64,000 bases of DNA, from positions 1 to 64,000 of IMG/VR virus record IMGVR_UViG_3300025889_009691; one strand, 5' to 3'. This DNA is from a virus. Made by a program: the position numbers and the translations under genes. Below the pieces are notes generated by a model. That model saw only the letters and a list, made by a program, of their open reading frames with translations, made no database searches and was not told the DNA's origin. Below are positions 44,618 through 54,400 of the stretch, in pieces (the first letter of the stretch is position 1; the number at the start of each line of letters is the position of its first letter).

Positions 44618-47485
44618 ATGGCTATTGGTAGTGGTAGATGGGGCGGGTTGCGTCAAGAGCCGTATAATCCTAACCCTAAAGATGCTGATAATGACGGTAT
44701 TGTTCAAGAAGGTACGCCGTTTGAGCGGCCTATTGGCACCCGGTATTTGAATGCTGCGGGCGAGGAAATTTCTAGTCTCTTAAACGGGTCTAATGTTTCT
44801 CAGTTGGACGGATTGCGCCTGGTTGATGCTAACGATAATCCTGTTGAGTATCGACAGTCGTGGCGGAGCGAAAATCTTGCGTTGGGTGAACGTCAGGAGA
44901 CTATTGGTCAGTCGTTGGGGACTGTTGGGCAAACGCTGGGGACTGTTGATGAAGTTCCTGCTACTGGTGATTATAGGATTGAGCATCGTCCGCCTGGAAG
45001 GGGAGAAGGTGCACCGTTGCATGCTTTGGATCAGATTTATCCACCGGATGTTTATTCTGCGGACGCTATGAGGCTGTATGGGTCTGGTGTGCGGGCGGAT
45101 GCTGCTAAAGATCGTGAGATGGCTGAAGTTATTAGTCGTGTTCGTGGTAACCCTGACGCTGAAGTGATTATGTATCGTGCTGTACCTGTGGATGGTGTGG
45201 ATACTATTAACGCTGGTGATTGGGTTACCCCTTCTAGGTTGTATGCTGTTGAACATGGTGAGGGTCCGATGCGTGGCGAGTATCGTATCATTGAGATGCG
45301 TGTGCGTGCCGGTGACTTACATACGGACGGTAACTATATTTACGAGTTTGGTTATGATCCGATGCCTACGGCAAAACCAATTGATGACCGTGACTTGAGT
45401 CCTGCAGCTAAAGAGTTGCATGACGATATCATTCCGTCGTGGAGGTCAGGTGATGAAGCATGGGCTGATTTCCCCGATCTAGAAGAACGTGGTATTGCTC
45501 TCATCGACGCTTACGAAAACGGCGAGATTGACGTTTATGACTATGAGTCTAGTTACATTGAAATAGTGACTGAAGGTTTAGAGCGTCGGTTGGAATCTAT
45601 TAGACAAGTGTATGGTGCAGAAACTGGTGACGTGTTAGACGCTTGGGTGCGTGGCGACTACGGGGCGACCGAAAGTATCCGTGACGGCATCAGTGAGGGG
45701 CAGTATAGTGGCTTAATTGAATTAATTGATGATTCGCCGCCTCAAGAAACGCTGTGGCGTGGCATGATGATTGATGCTGAGACGCAGCAGCGTATGGAAG
45801 CTGCGGGGGTTATCTCTATGCCTTTAGGTGCCACGTCTTCAAATGAGAGAGCTGCTGGCGAGTATGCTGGCTTGTCGGTTACTGGCGGTGGGCCGTCATC
45901 TGTTATGATTAAGGTTGAGGGCGCTAATGCGTTTCCTGCGAGAACTATTTCGCCTGTAGAGTCTGATGATGAGTGGCTGGTTGCTGGCGATTTTGAGATT
46001 GTTTCTGTTGATGAGTATGTTCAGCCGGGTGCGTTTGCTGACGCTACTCCGATTAAGCAGTGGACTGTTCGTCCTCGCCGTAAGTCTGATCCTGAAAGTC
46101 CGAGAGCTAATGTTCCGAAGGCTAAGGAGATGCGTCCCCAGGACAAAGGTGTGATGTTTTCTTCTTTGGATAAGGATGGTGTTAGATCGACGGATGACAA
46201 GGTTGTTCACCCTAATGGCACGTTGTCAATTGAGGGTATGAATGCTGATGGGTCTTTTGTTGAGTTTAGTGAAGAGTTAGAAAAGAAACTTGATGCCCGT
46301 TTTGAAGAGTTGGGTATTAGCCGAGATGAACTTACTTTGAACTTGGCTCATTCCGCCATGATAGCAATGGGTTATGACCCTGTTACTGGTGAGTTTGATC
46401 CTGAAAAAGTTAAAGAGGGTTTAGAAAAGTCACGGTGGTATTCAGAGCAAGGTGATCGGCTTCGTGCTTTGGCTGATGCACAAGATGTGGATTTGGAACG
46501 TGTAGTAGCGGCGGCCACGGTAATGTCTGCGGGTCGTCTATGGGATGGTCCTGCTAACGGCAATTATGAGAGTACTGAACGACTTATCAACATTTTGAAA
46601 GCTGATGAACCTATTGAGATTACTCCAGCTATGGCAGAGTTTCTGGCTTGGCGTAAGGGTAAAGCAACTAAGAAGACAAGCAGTTTGGGTTTTCACCAAG
46701 ATTTAAAGCCGGGTCAGTCTATTCGTCCGTCTGAGTTAGACTCTGCACAGTTAGTTGAAGTTTTGTATGCCGCTAATAGCATGCGAGGCTACACTTCGTT
46801 TAAGGATTGGAAGCGAGATTCTGATACTGGTACGAAAACCCCTAAAGGTTATACGGGTGTTGAGTCTCCGTATCCGTTGTTTACGTCTAAGGGTACACTG
46901 CAGGTTAAGCAAGCTGTTGCTGTTTTGCGTGGCGATGTGACAGTACGTGATGCTATTTCTGGGCCAAAGTATTCTAGTTTTTATTCCAATCTTTTGCGCC
47001 CTGATCTTGATTATAGTTCGACCAATGATACTTGGCATTACAGGGTAATGGCCGGTAATGCGGTATTGAATCCGCTTACGAATAAAAATAAGCTTGGTTC
47101 GGGTACCATGCGAGAACTAACACTAAAAACTGAGGCAAAGTTTGGGCATTGGGAAATTGATGAAGAAACAGGCGTAAGAACGTGGAAGGCTTACACGGCT
47201 ACAGCACAGGATTTGTTCCAGAGTGGTTTATCTTCAAAACCAAATGGGCTTGGTTCTGGCGACTTAATGTTCCGTGATAGCACAAAAATTTCAAGAGGGG
47301 CATTAGCTTCGCTTAAAGCGGCTCACCCAGAAATTTTTGGAGATATGACATTACACGAAATGCAAGCATTAGTTTGGGTTCACTATGGCGGAGGCACTAT
47401 GAGCGCTGATGAGGGCCTGGATATTTGGGGTGATGCTTTGAGTAAGTTGCCTGTTGACGGGGCCTGGATTGACCTGATAGACTAG
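44618..47485 (+). CDS. 955-aa multidomain protein with two ADP-ribosyltransferase-like domains and a C-terminal GPK..SF..N domain
   Basis: YRAVP...GDWVT...YA...EFGY; LWRG...ATSS...DDEWL; WY...GPKYSSFYSNL...D.W..R...QALVW. Confidence 0.68.
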   Translation: MAIGSGRWGGLRQEPYNPNPKDADNDGIVQEGTPFERPIGTRYLNAAGEEISSLLNGSNVSQLDGLRLVDANDNPVEYRQSWRSENLALGERQETIGQSLGTVGQTLGTVDEVPATGDYRIEHRPPGRGEGAPLHALDQIYPPDVYSADAMRLYGSGVRADAAKDREMAEVISRVRGNPDAEVIMYRAVPVDGVDTINAGDWVTPSRLYAVEHGEGPMRGEYRIIEMRVRAGDLHTDGNYIYEFGYDPMPTAKPIDDRDLSPAAKELHDDIIPSWRSGDEAWADFPDLEERGIALIDAYENGEIDVYDYESSYIEIVTEGLERRLESIRQVYGAETGDVLDAWVRGDYGATESIRDGISEGQYSGLIELIDDSPPQETLWRGMMIDAETQQRMEAAGVISMPLGATSSNERAAGEYAGLSVTGGGPSSVMIKVEGANAFPARTISPVESDDEWLVAGDFEIVSVDEYVQPGAFADATPIKQWTVRPRRKSDPESPRANVPKAKEMRPQDKGVMFSSLDKDGVRSTDDKVVHPNGTLSIEGMNADGSFVEFSEELEKKLDARFEELGISRDELTLNLAHSAMIAMGYDPVTGEFDPEKVKEGLEKSRWYSEQGDRLRALADAQDVDLERVVAAATVMSAGRLWDGPANGNYESTERLINILKADEPIEITPAMAEFLAWRKGKATKKTSSLGFHQDLKPGQSIRPSELDSAQLVEVLYAANSMRGYTSFKDWKRDSDTGTKTPKGYTGVESPYPLFTSKGTLQVKQAVAVLRGDVTVRDAISGPKYSSFYSNLLRPDLDYSSTNDTWHYRVMAGNAVLNPLTNKNKLGSGTMRELTLKTEAKFGHWEIDEETGVRTWKAYTATAQDLFQSGLSSKPNGLGSGDLMFRDSTKISRGALASLKAAHPEIFGDMTLHEMQALVWVHYGGGTMSADEGLDIWGDALSKLPVDGAWIDLID

Positions 47486-47489
47486 ATTT

Positions 47490-47666
47490 ATGAATCCTAA
47501 TAATTCCCCCATGACAGATGACGGCAGTTTTGATTTTGACAGTCTGGAAGATGACGATGAGCGTTGGGAATATGCACAGTACATCGTAAACACTCCTGCT
47601 GAAGACCGGCCTGAAATTTCTGAAGAAGATGCTGCAGCCGCTTTAGAATGGTTACGTTATTCTTAG
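47490..47666 (+). CDS. small acidic protein (58 aa, not in ORF track), putative immunity/partner
   Basis: TTGACG-18-TAGACT-6 nt-ATG; MNPNNSPMTDDGSFDFDSLEDDDERWEY... Confidence 0.6.
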   Translation: MNPNNSPMTDDGSFDFDSLEDDDERWEYAQYIVNTPAEDRPEISEEDAAAALEWLRYS

Positions 47667-47789
47667 AGATTAGTTACATTGACCACTAGACGCTGCGTGG
47701 TAATATAATACTTGACAGAGCAGACGCTAAGTCTAGCCCTCAGGGCAAGTCAATACGGTATTGAACGACAACGAAATTGGAGGCTAAAG

Positions 47790-49298
47790 ATGCCGGGAGT
47801 TAACGTCACCACTGCAGTACGCACTGGTCCTGTGGGTACTACAGATGTCGTGGCAGGTCAAGTATTTATGGTCGGTGAGACTGAGCGGGGTCCTACAGAT
47901 GAACCCACGCTTCTTCGATCTTTTAACGACTATACGACCTACTACGGAAATTATGAATCAGGATCACTTTACAGCCATGTCAAGACTTTCTTTGATGAGG
48001 GCGGTTCTCGGTGCTATGTGCAGCGTGTCCTAACCAATAGTACAGACACGCCTAGTGCGGCTGGTTCTATCACTCTTACCGATTCTTCCGGTTCGGCTAC
48101 TATGGTTGCTACCGCAAAGAATGCTGGTGATTGGTCAGACAATCTAGATATTGAGATTGCTGCTGCTGACGTTTCGGGTTTCAAGGTTAAGGTGTATCTA
48201 GATGATGCTCTCCTCCTTTCAACTCGTGACCTTACGTCAGTTACAGACGCAATCAACGTGGTGAACAGTTCAGCAGTTTCGCATCTTGTTGAACTTACTG
48301 ACGATGATACGTCGTCTTCTAACCCAGCTACTTCTGCGGCTACTGCTCTTTCTGGTGGTAGTGATGGTCTTGCGGTTGCGGATTCAGACTATGTGACAGC
48401 AATTGCTGTAGCGACTACTAACATTACACCCAACCTTGGCACGGGCGCTATTTGTGCTCCGGGCCGTTATGGTTCTGATGTTTGGGATGCGCTTCGGGAT
48501 CATGCGGCTGAGCATAATCGTGTAGCGCTCTTGGGGTTTGATGACGTTGCTGCCGCTTCAGCACGAAGCTCAGCAGCAGACTACTACGCTGATGATAAAG
48601 CAAGCTACATGGCGTTCTACTGGCCACACATCAAGGTTCCGTCACCGAACGCTGCGGAGCTGGCTTCAGGTCAGTCATCGGTTGCTGGCGCAACGGTCAC
48701 GATTTCACCTGAGGCGTTTGCTGCAGGTGCTCGTGCTAGAGCAATTCAGCAGAGCGGTGGCCCGTGGCGTGCAGGTGCTGGACAGATTTCTCAGGCTCGA
48801 ACTGTTAGTGCCCTGTCAAAGGATGTTACTGCTGCGACCGGCGAAACAATGGATGCGGCCCGAGTTAACGTGATTCGCAAAATTGGTAACGGAATCCGTG
48901 TTTACGGTGCCCGCTCAGTATCAAACGATGAGGCTAACTGGCGCTACATTACGATGCGTGACACCATGAACTACATTGTGACTGGTGTTGAGGCCCGTAT
49001 GGAAGAGTACGTGTTTGAGACGGTAGACGCCCGAGGCAACTTGTTCGGTCGTATCCGTGGCTCAATCAAGGCTTTCTTGGAGCCGATCCGTGCTGCTGGT
49101 GGCCTTTACGAAGCGTTTGATGATGATGGCGTGATGATTGACCCCGGCTTCAATGTCGTGGTTGACAGCACTCTTAATCCAGCGACGCAACTTGCCAACG
49201 GTCTTGTTAAGGCCCAGGTTGGGGTCCGGGTTTCCGGGGTTGCGGATTTAATTGATATAGTAATCACTAAGAGCAATCTTTCGGCTCCCGTAATCTAA
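47790..49298 (+). CDS. contractile tail sheath protein
   Basis: MPGVNV...GETERGP...FFDEGG; YWPHIKV; VNVIR...VYGARS; YVFE; SD GGAGG. Confidence 0.92.
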   Translation: MPGVNVTTAVRTGPVGTTDVVAGQVFMVGETERGPTDEPTLLRSFNDYTTYYGNYESGSLYSHVKTFFDEGGSRCYVQRVLTNSTDTPSAAGSITLTDSSGSATMVATAKNAGDWSDNLDIEIAAADVSGFKVKVYLDDALLLSTRDLTSVTDAINVVNSSAVSHLVELTDDDTSSSNPATSAATALSGGSDGLAVADSDYVTAIAVATTNITPNLGTGAICAPGRYGSDVWDALRDHAAEHNRVALLGFDDVAAASARSSAADYYADDKASYMAFYWPHIKVPSPNAAELASGQSSVAGATVTISPEAFAAGARARAIQQSGGPWRAGAGQISQARTVSALSKDVTAATGETMDAARVNVIRKIGNGIRVYGARSVSNDEANWRYITMRDTMNYIVTGVEARMEEYVFETVDARGNLFGRIRGSIKAFLEPIRAAGGLYEAFDDDGVMIDPGFNVVVDSTLNPATQLANGLVKAQVGVRVSGVADLIDIVITKSNLSAPVI

Positions 49299-49308
49299 GG
49301 AGATATAA

Positions 49309-49758
49309 ATGGCTAAAGCAACTCAGAGGCAGATTGTCGCAGAGATTTCAGCGGTTAGAGATGTTCCCGGCCATATTCCGGGTCCGTCTTTCGCCACGTA
49401 CTTTGCTACAGTCAGCGGCGGCGAAATCAGCGCTGCAGTAGAGAAGGTGTATGACGGGGGATCGACGTTCCCTGAGGTTCTTTGTGCTCCTTCAGAAATT
49501 GGTGACATCACTCTCAGCAGGTTCTATAATCCTGATGACGATGCTGATAGATTGAACAACCTTCGTCAGTTGGTCGGTTCAACCTATTATGATGTCAAGA
49601 TTTACACGCTTAATTGTGATCTGGCTGAGCCTGGGTCTGAGCGTGTGTATCCGAAGTGCTTGCTTGTTGGGCTTACTGAGCCTGATGGTGATGCTTCTTC
49701 AGGTGCTCCTGCTTCTTTCTCGCTCACGTTCTCAGTGAGCCGGGTAAGCGCTATCTGA
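49309..49758 (+). CDS. tail tube protein
   Basis: Directly after sheath; FATVSGGE...ITLSR; strong SD; followed by a terminator. Confidence 0.8.
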   Translation: MAKATQRQIVAEISAVRDVPGHIPGPSFATYFATVSGGEISAAVEKVYDGGSTFPEVLCAPSEIGDITLSRFYNPDDDADRLNNLRQLVGSTYYDVKIYTLNCDLAEPGSERVYPKCLLVGLTEPDGDASSGAPASFSLTFSVSRVSAI

Positions 49759-49787
49759 TCCTCGCATAAACATAATTGAATAAAGAT

Positions 49788-49820
49788 TGGGCGCTGCTTC
49801 GGTAGCGCCTTTTCTTTTTT
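49788..49820 (+). terminator. intrinsic terminator after the tail tube gene
   Basis: GGGCGCTGC-TTCG-GTAGCGCCT followed by a T-rich tail. Confidence 0.88.
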
Positions 49821-49890
49821 ACATTGCTTGCGTGGGAGTGTAGATTTTTATATGCTATTGTTGATATGTATTGTCTACATGAGGTTAATC

Positions 49891-50628
49891 ATGAGTATTC
49901 CAACAGTTAGTAGTCGGGTCAATGTTAAAGACCTGCACCCTAAGTTTAAGGCCCGTCTGGAAGCGTTCTTTGCTGATCCACGTATTGCGGGCAAGGTTGC
50001 TGTTGTGTCTGGTGTTCGCACCTACCAGCAGCAGAAGTACCTGTATGATGGCTATAAGAGCCGTAAGCCCGGTTTCAATCTGGCAGCTAACCCGGACCGT
50101 GTAAACAGCGCCGGGTTTCAGGGTTCGTATCATATGAGCCAGCCGAAGTTTGATGGTTACGGTTATGCGGTTGACTTCCGTATCATCAAGCGGGGTTCTA
50201 TCTCTACCACGCAGGTGAATAAGATTGCTGAAGAGTATGGTATTCGTAAGACCGTGGCTTCGGAGTGGTGGCATCATCAGCCGTGTCGTGTGAGCGGTTC
50301 GAAGATGGATTGGTTCCCTGTTAAGGGCGATATCAAGGTTCCGAAGGCTGCGTCGGTTAAGTCTGAGCAGGCTCAGGCGCTTGAGTTTATTGCGGCGTGT
50401 TTTAAGACTGTTGTGCGTCGTGGCGATAAGGGGCCGGTTGTTGAGTTCCTTCAGAAGCTTCTGGATAAGAACGGTTACAAGCTGACTTCTCGTCCTCGTA
50501 AGAATTCTGGCGTTGACGGCGACTTCGGTGCTAAGACGTTGAAGGCTGTGAAGCAGTTCCAGCGTGATGAGGGTCTTGCTGCGGACGGTGTTGTTGGTCC
50601 CAAGACTTGGGCAGCGCTTGCTGACTAA
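49891..50628 (+). CDS. endolysin-like M15-type peptidase with C-terminal peptidoglycan-binding domain
   Basis: SGVRTYQQQ..LY, SYH...AVD, EWWH; DGDFGAKT..AVKQFQ...GL.ADGVVGPKTW. Confidence 0.85.
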   Translation: MSIPTVSSRVNVKDLHPKFKARLEAFFADPRIAGKVAVVSGVRTYQQQKYLYDGYKSRKPGFNLAANPDRVNSAGFQGSYHMSQPKFDGYGYAVDFRIIKRGSISTTQVNKIAEEYGIRKTVASEWWHHQPCRVSGSKMDWFPVKGDIKVPKAASVKSEQAQALEFIAACFKTVVRRGDKGPVVEFLQKLLDKNGYKLTSRPRKNSGVDGDFGAKTLKAVKQFQRDEGLAADGVVGPKTWAALAD

Positions 50629-50676
50629 TGTGTCTTGCTAGTTGACTTGATTCTAGGAAAGGAATAGTATATAAAC

Positions 50677-51189
50677 ATGAGCACAGAAAATGAAATTATT
50701 GAGGTTGCAGGTTCCGCACCTGCTGCCGCACAGAAAAAGGCCAGCAAGGTTACTTTGCTGGATCAGTTGAAGACGGAGATTGCTAAAGAAGTTACCCGTC
50801 CTGAGATTGAGATTCCTATTCCTGAGCGTAAGGGCGTTACTGTCCGTTACTCTCCTAACATTACAAACGACCAGTTGAAGGCTTGGCGTCGCAACTCTAC
50901 TAACCGCAAGACTGAAGAACTTGACTCAATTAAGTTCTCTTGTTATGTGGTTGGGCAGACTGTGACTGGCATTTTCTTCAACAACGAGCTTGTTCTGGAT
51001 GATGACGGGAATGCGATTACGTTTGCATCGCCGGTCGTTATGGAGATGACGGACACTGATCGTCCTTTGCCTGATGCTATCAGGGCGTTCTTTGCTGTTG
51101 ATCCACACCTTGAGAGCACCGCTCTTAAGATTCTTGACCATGCTGGTTATGGTGACGACGTGGACATGGAGGACCCTACGAAGGGCTAG
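50677..51189 (+). CDS. tail assembly chaperone
   Basis: Position before the tape measure gene; ends ...EDPTKG. Confidence 0.78.
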   Translation: MSTENEIIEVAGSAPAAAQKKASKVTLLDQLKTEIAKEVTRPEIEIPIPERKGVTVRYSPNITNDQLKAWRRNSTNRKTEELDSIKFSCYVVGQTVTGIFFNNELVLDDDGNAITFASPVVMEMTDTDRPLPDAIRAFFAVDPHLESTALKILDHAGYGDDVDMEDPTKG

Positions 51190-51380
51190 TTGATAGCCTT
51201 TCGGAAGATGTCCGAATCAAATCAGCGGCCCGTCTAGGTGAAACGTTCCACGTTGACCCTATCCAGTTATTAGATTCCACGAATGATGAGTGGTTGATTC
51301 GTATGGCTTGTGCGCAGGCATTGGCTAGGGATCAGGCGGAAAGAGAAAGACAAAGAAAGGCCATGCAAGGTGGCTACTAA
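51174..51380 (+). CDS. tail assembly chaperone -1 frameshift extension (gpGT-like)
   Basis: -1 frame from GAC_CCT_ACG reads PYEGLVDSLSEDVRIKSAARLGETFHVDP...QGGY*; no SD-led start. Confidence 0.7.
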   Translation, partial: PYEGLVDSLSEDVRIKSAARLGETFHVDPIQLLDSTNDEWLIRMACAQALARDQAERERQRKAMQGGY

Positions 51381-51441
51381 GCACCGGGGATTTCTGTAGA
51401 ATATCTATAGGAATTCCCGGTTCTTCTTTTTAGGGGCAGTT

Positions 51442-54400
51442 ATGGCTGAAGCTAGAGAACGTGTTGTAATTGAGGTTGAGATCGATGCTGATATTAGCGG
51501 CGATCTTGCTGCTATTGAGCGTAGGTTGAAGGCGTTAGAGGATCGTCAGAACGCTTTGGGTCGTGCGACTCGTGGCGCTGCTAACGCTAACCGAGATTTT
51601 GATCGCACAAACCGTCGTCTAAATAAAACAGCTGATTCAAATACACGCAAGTTTGACCGGTTCCGTAAGGTAATGGACGGGTTTAAGAACGGCCTTATGA
51701 AGGTTACCGGAGTCTTAAAGAAATTTTTGATGACTTTTTCTAAGTTGTCGTTTATTGCGATTGCTGCTGAAATTGCTATTTTTTCGGCTGCGTTGTTAGC
51801 TGTTAAAGGCTTGTTAGTTAGTGGTAGGGTTGCTGTTAAAGGTTACCAGATAGCCCTTAAAGGTTTGTCAGCGGCGGCTGCTGGTGTTGCTACTGGTTTG
51901 GCGGTGGCGGCTGCGGCTATTAGAGAATTTCAGGAAGTGCAGCTTACGCCGTTCTTTGGTGGTGGTCAGCAAGGTGCTCGTGGTGCCCGTCAGTTAAGTC
52001 GTAGTTTTACTTCGCAGACTCGTTCGTTGTTGGGTGAGTCTACTGGGGCTGTTGCTGGTTCGTTTGCGCAGGCGGGCATTCGCCGTGGTAATGTTTTGGC
52101 TAACCAGTTGTTTAACTTGTCTGGCGGTGATGCTAAGGCGGTGCAGTCGTTGGCTGCGGCTTTTGCGTCTGCACAGAAGTCTGGCGATACGGCTGGCCTT
52201 ATTACGGCGTTGCAGGGTGCTAGGGGTTTTCGTGCTGAGTCTATTGCTGAGGGTGCGTCTTTAAGTAGTATTATTGGTACTGTTTCTAGAGGTGGTGCCA
52301 CGGCTGATGCGTTCCAGGGTTTGGGTGATGCTTTTGCGGGGACGTTTATTGGTACGTTGAAGGCTGAAGCCGAGTCGTTTAAAAGTATTTTTGCAAACAT
52401 TGGTGAGCCGTTACTGAAGCCGTTCCGTGATTCGTTTTTGCAGATTAGTCAGATTATTAAAAACGATGTGTTGGGTATTGCTCAGATTATGCGGGAGTTT
52501 GGCCCGGATTCGATGGCTCCTGCGTTGGTTGGTTTTACGGATGCGGTAAGTGAGTTTATTCGTTCTAACATTGTGCAGAATGTTAGCGATATTGCGGGTG
52601 CTGCTGATAAGTTTATTAACTTCTTTAGGTCTGTTGGTGATTTCTTTACTGGTTTTGGTGATTGGCTTCGTAGTTATGAGGGTGCTGCTGATGTTGTTAT
52701 GGACATGCTTAGGGCAATGTTTAGTAGTTCTGAGGGTGGGCTGTTTCGGTCTTTCTCAAATTTGCTTGAAGAGAACAGAGAGGCGTTTATTGCCTTTGGT
52801 GATGCCTTAGGTAATGTGATAAATGCATTTAAGCAGGGCTTTGCGCAAGGAAATAGTGGTTTCTTTAATGCTCTTCCGAGGCTGGTTGATACGTTGAATG
52901 TGGTGGCTACGAGTGTGTTGCCTAACTTGTTTGAAGTGTTTGGTGCTATGACGCCGCTGTTTGAGCGGTTCCCTGAGATTATTCGTGATATTACTGAAAC
53001 GCTTGGGCCTATGTTGGTGCGTATTTTTGAGGCGATGGAACCTATTTTTGATAAGTTACCTGATGCGTTCAAGGGATTGTTGAAGGTGTTGTCTGCTCTT
53101 GAGCCTCTTATCATGTTGTTGATTAAGGCTGTTGATTTGTTGGCTTCTGCTCTTCTCGCTATTCCGGGTGGGGATATGGTGTTGGGTCTTGGCGGCTTGT
53201 ATGCGTTTGGTAAGGGCAAGTCTGCCCTGAATGCTAGAAAAAATCCTGCCGCTGCAGCCCGTCGTGCCAATCGTGGTCCTAGCTTTTTCTCTCGTGGAGT
53301 TAGTGCCTTAGATGACACTATGTATAACAGAACTGGGCCTGTCGCTAACCGTTATCTAAATATGCGCACAAATCCTAATGGCATGTTTTCTGCGGGTACA
53401 AGCAAAGCTGCGTTTGCTTCAAAATTGTTAACTCCACTCGCTGGCGCTTTAGGTGCTAAAAACTTTTATGACGCATATCAGGCGGGTGTGGCAGAAGGGG
53501 GCGGAGGACGAAGCTCTAACGCCTTCGGCCTTGATCGTGGTCTTAGCATGGATGGTCTGAGGGGTATTTCTAATTACATGGAGAATGATCCTATTGGTGC
53601 TGGTTTTTCTGCTGCTGGTATGGCTGCCACTGCGGCTTTGTTTGGCGCAAATCCGGCTTTGGCTGCAGTGATAGGCGGCGGTGTGACTACTTATGGTGCC
53701 GGTAAGCAAGCCCTGAGTCAAGGTTCGTCTATGGGAAACACACTTACAGGCATTGCAGGGTCCACGGTTATGGGTGCCGGTTTAGGGCAAATGCTGATTC
53801 CGATTCCCGGTGTAGGCGCATTAATAGGTGCGGGTGCGGGTGCTATTGCTGGCACTATTGCGTTTGGCGGCACGCATGTGCTTCAATCGATGGGCTTCTT
53901 GGGCGGCACAAAAGGTGATAGGCAAAGACAACGAAACGAAGATTTCGCAGCAGGCATGTCAACAAACCTGTCATCGATTGCGGCTAACGGCGGAACCGAC
54001 GCACAGTTCATGGAAGCACAATCGTTGTTACAAAGCGCTGAAGCAGCCATGATGGCAGGCATGACCGCAGAAGGTTTCACTGAAGGCGACACGAACGCTA
54101 TGAGAACGTTCCTTATGCAAGCTCAAAGTTCTGGGCTGTTAGCGGGCACAGAGTTCGCTAATATGGACTTTACGCAAATGCATTTAGATGACTTTATTCA
54201 GAATGAACTTGGTGGCGTAATGGATTCGTTAACAAAGACGATTGAATCTGAAACTGCTCGTCGCCAACGTGAGGAAGAAGAAAGACTCCGCAAGATCAAT
54301 ATTGCTGTTGGTGACTTGTCTGAAACGTTAGAGGTTTCTCGTGGCGAAATTGAACGGTTTGTTTCAGAGTTTGGTATTGCGTTGGATACAGCAAACTTGG

